A stretch of DNA of 64,000 bases, from NCBI GenBank assembly GCA_951406725.2, contig OX597820.1:24862001-24926000 (forward strand), given 5' to 3'. The stretch is from Octopus vulgaris (lineage: Eukaryota). The position numbers were made by a program, and so were the translations under genes. Every line of letters begins with the position of its first letter. Within the stretch, counting starts at the first letter, position 1. Under the pieces are notes generated by a model. It was given only the letters and a program-made list of their open reading frames with translations, made no database searches and was not told the origin of the DNA. Below are positions 1-13,479 of this stretch, one piece after another.

Positions 1-1512
1 TGATGAAACTGGTCATTTTTGGAAAACAAAATGCCCAGAAGAACATACATAACGGCAAAGGGGAAAAAAATGCCAGACCACAAGCTTATGAAAGATAGAT
101 TAACTCTTAGCCTTTGTGTCAATGCGAGTGGAGACTTGAAGATTAAGCCACTACTTGTCTACCATTCCGAAAATTCACGTGTGTTCAAGTTGCACAAAAT
201 CCTAAAGAAGAAGCTGCAGGTCATGTAGAGTGTAAATGTTAAAGCCTGGATCACCAGGCAATTCTTTACCAAGTGGGTCAACCTTATCCTCGCACCAGCA
301 GTGAAAAAATGCATTCTGGACGACGATCTTCCTCTCAAGGCCCTCTTCATCCTCGACATTGCTCCTGCACTCCCACCTAACTTCGAAGATGATATCCGGG
401 ACGAATTTAAATTCATAAAAGTTCTATACCTTCACGCAACACCACCCCTGTCTTACAGTCCATGGACCAACAGGTGGTTTCTAATTTTAAGAAATCGTAC
501 ACTAAATGCCTGTTTCGTCGGTGCTTTAGAGTCACCGAAAATACAAAGCTAACCCTTCATGAGTTTTGGAAGGAGTACTACAACATTGTTAAGTGTCTGA
601 AAATTATAAATATGGCTGGCAAGATGTAACGAGAACACTGAATTCTATTGGGAGGGACCTGTGGCCTGATTGCGTATCCGGAAGAGACTTTGAGTGGTTT
701 GAGTTTGCGACACTTGTAATCGAGGAGATGGTGTCTCTTGGCAAGTCTATCGGCCTCGAGGTTGACAATGGGGACATTAACGATTTTGTCGAGGAGAACT
801 TAGAGGAGCTGACGATAGACCAACTCCTGCAGCTTCAGGAGCAGCAGCATTCGGATACAGTGGAAGAGATTGGTTCCGCGGAGGAGGCCAGTGTAGCGGA
901 GAAGGCTATTTCTACGAGTAATGTTGGTAAAGTGGCAGTATATTTCTGAATGTGTGGAAAAATACCATCTTGAAAAGGTATCTACAAGTCGTGCGGCTTT
1001 GGCGCATTTTCGTAACATTTTGAAGGTATGCAGACATCTCTTGATACCTTTTTAATGAACCGACCTGCAAGTGGAAAAGTGAAGAAAGGGTGTCCAAAAA
1101 ACTTAAATTAAGCGAAAAGAGACGACGCCAGAAATTATTCTTCCTGAAGTTTTACTAGAAGAAGATTCTCCTTCCAAACAATAGTCCTCCTCTTCTCTGT
1201 TCCATCGTCTTCCTTGCGCCCATTTCATCCCGTCTTTAAGGTAATTAAAGTAATAAAGCTAATTTACATATTTTTTTGCATTCTCTTTTATTATGTTTTT
1301 ATAATTGTCATTTTCCTTCTAACTGCATCTTTTCTGAATTTAAAACTCATAAAAGATAACTTCTGAGAGGGGCTTTTTTTGAGGGGGGGAGCTCGAACGG
1401 ATTAATTATATTTTAATTAATTTCAATGGGGAAAATTGATTTGTAAAACGAGTAAATCGTAAAATAAGGTCAGTCATGGAACTAATTAAACTCGTACTGC
1501 GTGGTATCATTG
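1..1512 (+). mobile_element. Tigger/pogo-family DNA transposon, 3' part, with a frameshifted DDE_1 transposase pseudogene; truncated by the window edge
   Basis: Frames give DETG.FWK..MPRRTYIT..KDRLTLSLCVNASGDLKIKPLLVYHSEN, then KALFILDIAPA.P and ..LQ.MDQQVVS.FK (motifs typical of the pogo/CENP-B DDE domain). Ends in a Tigger-like terminus ...ctcgtactgcgtggtatcattg followed by TA at 1513-1514. Confidence 0.88.
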
Positions 1513-1546
1513 TATTATATTATCTTATCTTATCTTATCTTATATT

Positions 1547-1756
<210 letters not shown>

Positions 1757-2221
1757 GTATATATGTATGGATACAGACATCATTTATGAAATTATTTTGT
1801 TATAAATTTTTAAGAAGCGTCTATTCTGCCTGAGTTTAAATGATACTGTCAAGCACAACAAACTGGAAGTGTCGGTAGATAATATATCGACTCGGTGTAT
1901 TATGATAATTCGACAACTATTGCATACATGTGTTTACATAAATATGTCAACAAGTGAGCCTCTATAAAAGCATTTTATGTACTAGAATTAGTAAACAATT
2001 CTTGCCTTGATCACACTCTACCGCCTCAAAAAGATAGTAGGACGTATTGGATAATGAGGTCAATATATTTTAGAATTTTGAACGGGCTCGTCATGGCTGA
2101 AACTTTTTTCGATCATAGGTCTCGATTGATCATGAATGACTTAGAGCTAAACCAGAATGGCTGCAGCAAAATATACCTGTTTGCGTTGGTGGATTTTTAT
2201 TTGGGCATACTTATACATACT

Positions 2222-2257
<36 letters not shown>

Positions 2258-3107
2258 TACTCTCACACAGACAAGCACACGTGTATATATGTATAAAATG
2301 ATTTGTGTGCGTGTCAGTTTGAGAGTGTTGTTTGTGAATGAGTGTGTGTATGTGTGTGTGTGCATGTGTGTGTTTGCGTATCATTCACGTCAGTGGGCCT
2401 TACAACCTTTTGCTCTGTTTTCTTCCTCTCCTTCCTCATCTTTCTCCTCTTCCTCCTTCCTCTTCCTTCAAGCCCATGCTGTCGTCTCATCGTAGTTTTG
2501 TCCATTTCACGTTCAATAATGATTTAATCAATATTCGGGCAGCTCGATGCTTCATCAGTTCTATGACATTATCGATTTTCGGCTGTTTTCAATGCAATCT
2601 ACGCTTATGTTATAAAATATTTGATTATTTCATTTGAAGAGTAGTACTTCTCTTTATACGAAAAATGTCTGTAGTATTATTGCTGTTGGTTAATACAACT
2701 GCAACCTTGTTAGTTATATACCAATTCCATATTTATAAACTTCTATTCTTTCAATATATATACATATCAATCTATTTATCGAGATCATTCAAATATCGAC
2801 CTATACCTATTTATGTACCTATCTATCGACCTGTCTATTTATCTACCGATTCGCTTCATCTATCTTTCTATCTATCTATCTATGTATCCTTTTAAGTCAG
2901 AGTGTTAAACTCTATATGTGATTTCAAGATCTGTTAGAAATATATTGCCTGAATATACATCTGGTTGCGCTTGGCATGAGGTTGACCATATCATTTTGAT
3001 TAGAACTGACCTAGAACTACAACTACCATATAAATGCACTTTTAAAGTTCTGCATTGTACACTTATTATTCTTTCTCTCACCCCACCCCCGTTACTTCTC
3101 TTTCTTC

Positions 3108-3140
3108 TCTTTGACAAAGAATATCAGCCGAAACGTTAGA
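3108..3140 (+). ncRNA. Degenerate minimal hammerhead-ribozyme-like motif
   Basis: tct-TTGACAA-agaatatcagcc-GAAAC-GTT-aga: stem I tct/aga and palindromic AACGTT helix III, but the core is mutated. Confidence 0.35.
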
Positions 3141-3679
3141 TGTTCTTTCTAACCTTTGGTTGTTGGTTTTCGCTATATATTTCTATGCTTTTTCGGTCAC
3201 ATGCATTGCTTGTCTATCTCCACTTTGCCTTCTGATATGACCTGCCTTCGCTTGTCAGTATATGAAAATGTGCTCCCTTGCAGTTCCGATGGTTTTAACT
3301 CTTATTTCTTGCGATATAGGTGCTACCCAGCACCTTCAATCATAATTAGTGACCATTGAATGTTATGCGTTTATGTGTGTGTGTATGTGTGTGTAGCCAT
3401 TCTAATTGAGCTGTGTGTAAGTGAATATGGTTCATTAAAAAGAACTAACTAGGTGGGAACATGTTCGTTACTTTCATGAATAAGCTTTAAAGACAAGGTC
3501 CACTCTTGAACAACATTTTCATAACTTGCCCAAACATTTTAATTAGCTGCTATTGCTACCCTTCTTGCTTGCTAGTTTTGATGTTTAACAGTTATTAAAT
3601 TTAGATTTTTCATCAAATTTGAAATAGAAAATCTTTGTTGTTTGAATATTAGATATCTGACAATTTACTGTATATTACA

Positions 3680-3790
3680 TACATCTTGAAGAACTCTCCC
3701 TAACGAGTAGCTTCCCTCCAAATATTCTTGTGAATTCAGCTTCGTCACAGTCTCCAAGCACAGAAATGAAAAATATAACTGTGTAGACAA
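3680..3790 (+). mobile_element. Possible hAT transposase C-terminal (dimerisation) remnant
   Basis: LPSKYSCEFSFVTVSKHRNEKYN resembles the hAT-C motif P.(S/T)YLCE..FS. Confidence 0.3.
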
Positions 3791-4574
3791 GTATTTCAGA
3801 ATTCCAATGATAAAAATATTAAAACTGAAGTTTAAATACTTTAAATTTATCATGGGTTTCCTTATACATTTTACGTTATGCTTAGATTTTTTTAATTTTT
3901 ATTTAATCTCACCGTCAACAAATAAGCAGTATGTAATTATATACAATTTCGGCTAAATTCTTGTTTGTGTTTGATATAAATAACGACCGTTAGAAATTCT
4001 CTTCGTGAGCAGAAGAATGAGGCAGGAGATTTTCTTCTAATGAAAAGTCAACAAATCGTGGAACAAGACAGAACAAGCTTTCGAGAGTTGTGTTCCACAG
4101 TGAAAGGTTTAAAAGCTGTAGCTTACATTAAGTATATCTTATTTAATAATTTTTTTATACTTGCTTCGGTGGGCATTAATAACTGTCTATGCAAACACAC
4201 GTGTGTGTGTGTGTGTGTGTGTGTGTCTGCGCGTGTTGTTAGTTCATCGGTGTCTGATGGTGACATAATTTGCGCTCTCTGCAGTGAGAGTGCATGTGAC
4301 ACCGCAGTCCAAAGCTGGGAGCACACAGACATCCACTTCTGTAACCAGGATAGTCCGTTGGCTGGATTGAGGTGGACGCTGCCTTGTGATGTCTGTCTTT
4401 TGTAGCAGCGTGATGCTGCCGTCGTTCATATGCGAAAGCAACTGATGCTCGTGAGGTGAGAGCCCTCCACATCTGTGACAGAGGCTTCAAATTCGTGTGG
4501 GCTAATGCTCCGAAATATCATCCTGAATCCACAAGGCCAACCAAGCAATTAGAAAACTGGAAGTGAAAATCTTC

Positions 4575-4958
4575 CAGCAGAATGCCATTAGATTGTCTAC
4601 AAAGGCCAAGATCTACAAGGCTGTATGTATTTCTAAGTATTCTGTGGATGTGAAATACGGATCCCATACTGCCGACACATGAAGCAGCTGGAACAGTTTC
4701 ACACTAGGGCACTACGCAGGACCATGGGGTATTCGCTGGCAGAACAGAGTGACAAACCAAAAAGTGTTGGACAGAAATGGTTCAACAAGACTCCATTACG
4801 CTGGACTGGTCACGTCATAAGAATGACTGACAACCATGTCCCCAGACAGCTGTTGCACGGCGAGCTGACGCAAGGCTCAACCAAACAAGGAAAGCCTACT
4901 CTGGGGTACAAGGACACCCGAAAAATCAATCTCGAATGGAACGGCATTAGTCACCGTG
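4575..4958 (+). mobile_element. RTE-clade LINE reverse transcriptase C-terminal fragment (pseudogene)
   Basis: IRLSTKAKIYKAVC..GCE..Y.RHMKQLEQFHTRALR..LRWTGHVIRMTDNHVPRQLLHGEL..G...QGKP is a typical RTE/BovB ORF2 end, with frameshifts. Confidence 0.85.
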
Positions 4959-5019
4959 AACATGATGCATGTGTGTATGTGTGTGCATATATATACATAC
5001 GCACACGTACATGTAAATA

Positions 5020-5245
<226 letters not shown>

Positions 5246-5263
5246 ATATGGACAGCTAGATAC

Positions 5264-5341
<78 letters not shown>

Positions 5342-5359
5342 CTAAGTATATGTATTATA

Positions 5360-5561
5360 GAGATCAATGTATGTACATATACATATACATATATATACAT
5401 GCATGCTTACACACACACACACTAACACACACACACAAACACACACACAAACGCACACACACACACATATATATATATATACATACATGCAGACATATTT
5501 ATACATATGTAAATATACGTATGTATATATATATATATATATATATGTGTGTATGTGTATG

Positions 5562-5595
<34 letters not shown>

Positions 5596-5597
5596 AG

Positions 5598-5628
<31 letters not shown>

Positions 5629-5635
5629 GTGATTG

Positions 5636-5666
<31 letters not shown>

Positions 5667-5756
5667 ATGTATACATATATATGTGTGTATATATTAATAC
5701 ATATATATATGTATATATATATTTATACATATATATGTGTGTATATATATTTATAC

Positions 5757-5789
<33 letters not shown>

Positions 5790-5840
5790 ATATATATATG
5801 TGTGTATATATATATATATACATACATACTTATATACTAA
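5360..5840. repeat. Compound (CA)n/(TA)n/(TG)n microsatellite
   Basis: Direct inspection. Confidence 0.95.
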
Positions 5841-6114
5841 TGTGCGTAACACAATTGCCTGCCAAGGTCGACGTTGTCTTTCATCTTTGCCAGATCGTTA
5901 AAATAAATGTGCAGAAATTTAGAATGAAACGAAACGATTCATTCAGCACTCCAATTTATTAGATTTGTGGATCTCTGCTGAAGCTAAAGCTCATCATCAT
6001 CACCATCACCATCACCATCAGTATAATTATCATCATTATCATTATCATTATTACTATTACTATTACTACTATTATTATTAATATTATTATTATTGTTGTT
6101 ATTATTATTATTAC

Positions 6115-6184
<70 letters not shown>

Positions 6185-6195
6185 AGTAGTTGTAA

Positions 6196-6622
6196 GGCAG
6201 GTTGTAGGTAGAATCGTTAGCACGCTGGACAAAACGCTTAACAGCCTAACGTCCGTCTTTACGTTCGGAGTTCAACTTCTGCCGAAGCTGACTCTGTCTT
6301 TCATCGATTCGGGGTCGATAAAATAAGTACCCGTTAAGAACTGGGGTGGATGTAATCGACTAGTCTCCTCCCCACCGAATTTCAGGCTTTGTGCCTTCAG
6401 TAGAAAGGATTCTTTTTCTTCATATCATCATCATCATCATCATCAACAACGTCATCTCTATCATTCTCCATGTCCCGCGTATACTTTCCTTTTTATCATT
6501 TCATTATATGTAAACCCCCCCCCACACACACACACACTTTATGTCTGTCTCTATATTGTTCCCCTCATCCTTCGCTCTGTGGCAAATAAATGAAAGCATT
6601 ATTATTACTATTACTATTATTA

Positions 6623-6664
<42 letters not shown>

Positions 6665-7165
6665 GGTAGTTGTTGTTCTTCTTATTGGCGAACTAGCAGA
6701 ATTGTTAGCACGCCGGACAAAATGCTTAGCAGCATTTTATTTTGCTCATCCTTACTTTCTGAGTTCAAATTCCACCGGTGTCGTCTTTACCTTTCATCCG
6801 TTCAGGGTTGATAAATAAGGTATCAGTGAAACACTAGGGTGGATGTAATCGACTAGTCCCCACCACCACCACCACCACCACCACCGATTTCAGGCCTGGT
6901 ACCAATGGTAGAAAGGACTATTATAGAGGCTGCGAGCTGGCAGAAACGTTAACACGCCGGGCCAAATGCTTAGCAGTATTTCGTCTGCCGCTACCTTCTG
7001 AGTTCAAATTCCGCCGTGGTCGACTTTGCTTTCATCTTTTCGGGGACGATTAAATAAGTACCAGTTACGCACTGGGGTCGATGTAATCGACTTAATCCGT
7101 TTGTCTGTCCTTGTTTGTTCTCTCTGTGTTTAGCCCCTTGTGGGTAGTAAAGAAATAGGTATTTC
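6196..7165 (+). mobile_element. Cluster of three family-A SINE copies (about 6196-6410, 6686-6920, 6927-7165)
   Basis: Shared consensus ggcgagctggcagaatcgttagcacgccgg..aaatgcttagc...gagttcaaattcc (B-box-like) ...ggtcgactttgcctttcatcc...ggggtcgataaa..aagtacc..ctggggt.gatgtaatcgact. Confidence 0.85.
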
Positions 7166-7556
7166 GTACCATATCCGTGCTCTGTCCAGTCCATACATTT
7201 CACATAACCTCCAATGGACGTTATCGTGTCACCTTTTGTAGTATTTTTGGGCCAGCTTGCTATACTCACTCACAATATGTGAGACTGTTTCGTTTACTAT
7301 TATTATTATTATTCTATGTTTGACTTTTGCTTTATGTCTGTACAAGTTGGCTCCAAGTCTCACCCAGAGACCTCAAGAGACAACAGGTTAGAAGTTCTGT
7401 GCCATATATTTGGGGTTTTTTAGTTTTTGTTTTTTTTTTTGGTGTTGTACTAGTGAATGTCTAATACATAAAAAAAAGAAATAATAAATAAATAAATAAA
7501 TAAAAAAGTTTGTTTTAAACCTTGGGATTACATAGAGAGTATTTTGCGTAGGATAT
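7165..7556 (-). mobile_element. Inverted R4/Dong-type fragments: 3' end of the 7851-8575 element (7312-7556) plus a zinc-knuckle-region fragment of a related element (7165-7296)
   Basis: Reverse complement of 7312-7556 matches 8317-8575. The minus strand of 7165-7296 reads ETVSHIVSEYSKLAQKYYKR*HDNV..HWRLCEMYGLDRARIWYE. Confidence 0.8.
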
Positions 7557-7570
7557 TATTATTATTATTC

Positions 7571-7611
<41 letters not shown>

Positions 7612-7806
7612 GTCATCATCATTATCATTATTATCATTATTTTTTTTCCTTCTTTCTTCAATTTTTTTCCATTCCTCGCTGAATGTTTTCCGTACACCTA
7701 CGGCAGAGAAGCTCATTGTATGTACAGAAAAACACTCGGCGAGAAATGGAAGAAAATTTGAAGAAAGAAGGAAAAAAAAAATGATAATAATGATAATGAT
7801 GATGAC

Positions 7807-7850
<44 letters not shown>

Positions 7851-8375
7851 GAGTATCTCAACAGGCACGATAGAGCTGCACAATATATTCACTGGGTAAT
7901 CTGTAAAAACCTGGATTTGCCCCATGAAAAAAACTGGTGGGAACACAAACCACCCCCAGTGCTTGAAAATGACCACATCTCACTCCTCTGGAACTTCACC
8001 ATTCAAACTGACAGGAAGATAGATGCAAATAGGCCAGACATCATATTGAAAAACTTCAAACAAAGAACATGCCTCCTCATTGATATGACTGTCCCAATCG
8101 ATATAAACGTATCTGTCAAGACCTACCAAAAACTGAGCAAATATAAAAATCTTGAAATAGAAATCAGCAAAATGTGGAAGCTGAAGACTAAAACAATACC
8201 TGTTGTCATAGGTGCCCTGGGAATGATAGCAAAAGGGGCTGATAGCTACCTAACTCAGATACCAGGAAACCCAAAAATGGCAGAAGTTCAAAAGATAGTG
8301 CTCATGGGAACTGCTCATATCCTACGCAAAATACTCTCTATGTAATCTCAAGGTTTAAAACAAACATAATTTTCG

Positions 8376-8408
<33 letters not shown>

Positions 8409-8575
8409 TTTTTTTTTCTTTTTAGACATTCATTAGTACAACATCCCCACCCCCCAAATATATGGCACACTAGGCATAACAACAACATGAACTTCCAACC
8501 CTGTTGTCTCTTGAGGTCTCTGGGTGAGACTTGGAGCCAACTTGTACAAATATAAAGCAAAAGTCAAACATAGAA
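7851..8575 (+). mobile_element. 5'-truncated R4/Dong-like non-LTR retrotransposon (RLE endonuclease ORF end 7851-8345 plus 3' UTR) inserted in (TAA)n
   Basis: Open frame EYLNRHDRAAQYIHWVICK..WWEHKP..LLWNFTIQTDRKIDANRPDII..LIDMTVP..K..KY..TIPVVIGALG..QKIVLMGTAHILRK carries the RHD motif and PD-(D/E)XK nuclease. Flanked by TAA repeats on both sides. Confidence 0.9.
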
Positions 8576-8632
8576 TAATAATAATAAACGAAACAATCTC
8601 ACATTTTGTGAGTGAGTATAGCAAGTTGGCCC

Positions 8633-8660
8633 ATTATTATTATTATTATTATTATTATTA

Positions 8661-8701
<41 letters not shown>

Positions 8702-8875
8702 GTTGTTGTTGTTGTTGTTGTTATTATCATTATTATTATTTCTCTTATTATTATTATTATTATCATTATTATTATTATTATTATTATTATCATTATTATT
8801 ATTATTATTATCATTATTATTATCATTATTATTATTGTTATTATCATTATTATCATTATTATTATGATTATTATG
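8633..8875. repeat. Compound (TAT)n/(TGT)n trinucleotide microsatellite
   Basis: Direct inspection. Confidence 0.95.
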
Positions 8876-9479
8876 TTAATACTCAAGATGCAAGGTGCTC
8901 CACAATGCTCTCGTTTCCGGATTAGTACCACGCGATTTTTTTTTTCAAAATTGCTTCGTAAAAACATGCGAGCCGTCAGTTGCTTCATTTTCTTCACCCA
9001 GTTGAGGCAAAAATCAAAGAAACTCTATATAATATTATTTGAATATTATTTTGTTGACATTTAGCATAAACACACACAGACACACACACACAAATATACA
9101 CACTCACTCACTCACATACACACACCTTACTGTAAATAAAAGAAAAAAATAGCTGCGCAGAAAATACACAAAAACGGAAAATACAGAAAAATATTATATA
9201 ACAAAGCAGGAATACTTTGAAACATAGCACATAATGATATTTCTATAAAGGAACCTTTATTTCTGTACGAAGAGCAATGATAGATAAATGTGCATATAGC
9301 ATTTCGGTAAAGGTATATTGGTTTCATATAGGCGCTTGATGGAATGGTCGTGTGTATTTTATTCGTGCGTAATACCACTTTCAATCAGTAGGAAGGGCGG
9401 ACATCAAAGGTAAACCAGAAATGAAATCCTTATGTCACTCTCACTAGATTATATAAAAGCAAAAACAATGTCTATACAT

Positions 9480-9690
9480 CTTACTTGTTTCAGTCATTGG
9501 ACTACGGCCATTCTGGAACACCGCCTTGAATCGTTTAGTCGAAGAAATCTTGGTTCAAGTCTAGTAGTTGATCTATCAGGGACTTTCGCCGAGCCGCCGC
9601 AAAATACACTGCAACGTAGGGTAAATCAACGCCGATTGTCAAGAGGTGCTGAGAACAAACACTTACACACACACACACACACACACACAC
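9480..9690 (-). mobile_element. Family-B SINE, 3' part
   Basis: Reverse complement of ...ggcggtgttccag.atggccgtagtccaatgactgaaacaagtaa and cttgacaatcgg. Confidence 0.7.
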
Positions 9691-10056
9691 GTGTGTGTGT
9701 GTGCTTGTGTGTGTGTACATTTGTGTGTGTACATTTATAAATGCAATAATGCTTTACGAATGAAACCTGGGATATATTTGTTCTGTATCGATTAAGATAC
9801 TCCTTTAATACTCCACCTGTCAGATATGCAGCGAACCAGGGATTAGCCCATGGAAAACTCATAACTACGACGTTATCTTCCCAAATTGTTTTATCAAATA
9901 GATATAATAAATAATATATTGTCGCAGCTGTATGTATATGTCTGTGTGTGTTTGTGTGTGTGTATATGTGTTATATATCTCCAGAGCAACACTCGCTACA
10001 ATAGTATACCATACATGTGTATACCACACGATAATGCTACCCCTACATTAAAATAG

Positions 10057-10142
<86 letters not shown>

Positions 10143-11789
10143 ATCACGCGATAAAATTGCCCCTTCATTAAACGTGGAACGGCTGTCGTGTCTAGTTGAA
10201 TATATAATCCTCCATCACTCGAACACCTGAGGGATGCTCTACTTGGTCGCTCACTTATACACGATATAGCAACCAAACTTACGTTATATGGCACGGTACT
10301 TCTTGGAGAGGGAAAGACATATTGGAGATTGTTGTACGTGATATATAAAAATACCCCTCTGTGTTTAGCCCCTTGTTGGTAGTAAAGAAATATATATAAA
10401 AACATGGAATGGTCATGGCAAGAACGCTTTTGATCATAGCATTCACGTGGCCGTGGAACAAAACAACAACAATAAAGCCACACCATTTCCAAAGAGTCAA
10501 TGTTAAACCTTTCAAGGGATCATTCAATCAGCTCGAAATATCAGCTAGGTATCCCTCAATTTTTCACTATCCCTTCTTGAAGAGAAAGAGACACACTGAA
10601 TAATGTAATCCTTGATGCGCAGTTCCTAATATAAGGAGATGGTCATGGTTAGAACGCCTTTGAGCAGAGATCTGTTTAGAAAGTACCGATCTGAGCCAAA
10701 CAACAAGGTCTTCCTATAATGTATTGTTTGATTTAACAACAGTCATTTGCACTTCTAAATTTCGTGTCTCTCTTTCAGTCAAATGTACGTGTGAGTCAAC
10801 TATAAAACGAAGGCAGTATGAGATCCTGAATCTTCGATATACCCCTCACACTTCCGCTCCCTGTTTACATTCAGGGGATGAAGATATCGATTAAGCTGAT
10901 TTATGTTCGTCAATATATGCCATTACAACCACAACCTGGGATAGCTTTTGTCTAACAAGCGCGATAATGTGCTGTGTCAGATGTCTTTTAGGTGATGGCT
11001 TTCGTTCTGTGTTTTTTTTCTTCCCGACGAATAAACTTCTGGATTCTAAAATAACTGTGATTGATGTAACCAAAGGTAGTGTAATAATAGCTTTCTGTAA
11101 AGTTTTTCTATCGATATTCATTGGGAAATTAATGTCCTTCAATTCATTCTCGTGTCCTATTCATTCTCGTCCTAGGTTGTCGTATAATATGTAATTTACA
11201 GAATATGTTTGCGCTGTTATATAAGTTTGTTTTTAAATATATTTCATTTTTTTATCAACTATTTTATTGAACATATTTTAAATAAAGTACACTACATTTC
11301 AGGCACGCTAGACGCCTGATATGTAGTATTCCGTTTCGTCCGTCTAGGTTCAAATCCCAACTGGTATTTTTTGCATTTGGCCCATTTTGCTACCATATTT
11401 CTTCCCGAATATATTGCTTATGTTTCATTTAATTTTACAAACAATGAAAAATATAGTAAAATAATTACATTGTTATTAATATTTTGTCGATACATCACCT
11501 ATGATACGCAGGACATATTTCCCTGGCGACCGTGCATCCTATACGATACACATGCCTAATTTTTTCAATCACCAGAATAACTTCAGACATGAAGATCAAA
11601 TTTTATGTTACTCATTGTATGACACAAGAGCTAACTAAAAGTCTGAAAGCAAGCGTAGACGTTCAGAACAAACATATGAAAATACTTTGGACTGGCAAAG
11701 GGTTAAGTTGATGTTTGAAACACAAATTAACATATTTTGATGGAAGTTTTTAATAAAAATCATTTTAAGACAGGATATTTGTATCGCAA

Positions 11790-12005
11790 AATCCTTTCTA
11801 CTATAGGCACAAGGCCTGAATTTTGTGGGAAGGTGGGGAAGTCGACTATATCGACCCCAGTGCGTAACTGATACTTAATTTATCGACCCCGAAAGGATGA
11901 AAGGCAAAGTCAACCTCGGCGGAATTTGAACTCAGAACGTAGCGGCAGACGAAATACCGCTAAACATTTCGCCCTGCGTGCTAACGATTTTGCCAGTTTA
12001 CCGCC
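11790..12005 (-). mobile_element. Family-A SINE, near full length
   Basis: Reverse complement matches the family-A consensus end to end. Confidence 0.88.
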
Positions 12006-12101
12006 TTTGTATCGCAAACTCAGGGACTGTCTGAGGCTGATTGATATCAAAACGAATAATTTCTTTACGACCGATGGTAAAGCTATTTGAGTTGCAAAAA
12101 T

Positions 12102-12271
12102 AGTGGCTGTGTGGTAAGTAGCTTGCTTACCAACCACATGATTCTGGGTTCAGTTCCATTGCGTGGCACCTTGGGCAAGTGTCTTCTACTAATAGCCTCG
12201 AGCCGACCAAAGCCTTGTGAGTAGATTTGGTAGACGGAAACTGAAAGAAGCCCGTCGTATGTATGTATATG

Positions 12272-12312
<41 letters not shown>

Positions 12313-12525
12313 TTGTGTGTCTGTGTTTATCTCCCCCCAACATCGCTTGACAACCGATGCTGGTGTGTTTACGTCCCCGTAACTTAGCGGTTCGGCAAAA
12401 GAGAATAAGTACTACGCTTACAAAGAATAAGTTCTGTGGTCGATTTCTTCGATTTAAAGGCGGTGCTCCAGCATGGCCGCAGTCAAATGACTAGAACAAG
12501 TAAAAGAGAAAAAGAGTAAAGAGTA
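12102..12525 (+). mobile_element. Family-B SINE (tRNA-like head, internal TA/TG microsatellite), full length
   Basis: agtggctgtgtggtaagtagcttgcttaccaaccacatg.ttc.gggttcagt.cca.tgcgtggcaccttgggcaagtgtcttctact...ggaaactgaaagaagcccgtcg(TA/TG)n...catcgcttgacaaccgatgctgg...ggcggtgctccagcatggccgcagtcaaatgact. Confidence 0.9.
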
Positions 12526-13400
12526 TCCAGTTCCCAGTCTTTCCAACAAATTTCTTTCTTACGGTCAGCCTAAGAAAGAATCATGTAAAGGCGCCTGTTT
12601 CATTGTTGCACTCACGATCGTCAGAACGTGGTTTCGATTCCTGGACCTGACGGCATGTTGTGCTCTTGAGCAAAAACTTCCTTTTACATTACTCTAGTGC
12701 CGTGTAGGGATCGACCTGTGAGAGAATAGACCTAACGTTTCCTCTGCGTGTCGTAAAAGGCGACCAAAATAGGTTGAGGTAGGATTTGCAGCCCGACCTC
12801 ATAAAGCCCTCATCAGCAACGACTCCTCAAACAGACCCGTGGGTTGGAAGATTGTTGTTTGAGTGGCGCAAAGGTGTCATCCGCCAGCTGTAGGGAATCA
12901 CCAACAAAAGGTGGATGCAGTGCGTTCGCCCTACCACTACTACTACTACTACTACTACATTTATTAAAATAAAATTTAAGCATATTAATTTCCCAATATT
13001 TGCTCAGTTCCATGCATTTACAGGGAGGATGTGAGGCACATTGATTCCTAACGGTTCGTATGTGTTTGTAGTAATAAGACAACATATGGACACCCAAAAG
13101 AGGATTCGGATAATTTATTGATTTTATGGAGAATTTCCTGAAATTGATATAACATTAAGGAAAAAAAAGCAGTCTGATTGCCAATAGACAAGAAGATAGC
13201 TGCGCGTGATTGTTTCTGCTTCAGATGTCGTTATCATCACAGCAGTTGTCTCACTTAGATACCATGTGGTTAGAGTGTTCGCGATCATAATGTTGTGGGT
13301 TTGATTTCTGAACCGGACAGTGCGTCATGCTCTTGTGAAAGGCATTTCATTTTACGTTGCTTCACTCAGCTGAAAATGGATATCTTCTGAATGCTTGTGT

Positions 13401-13479
<79 letters not shown>

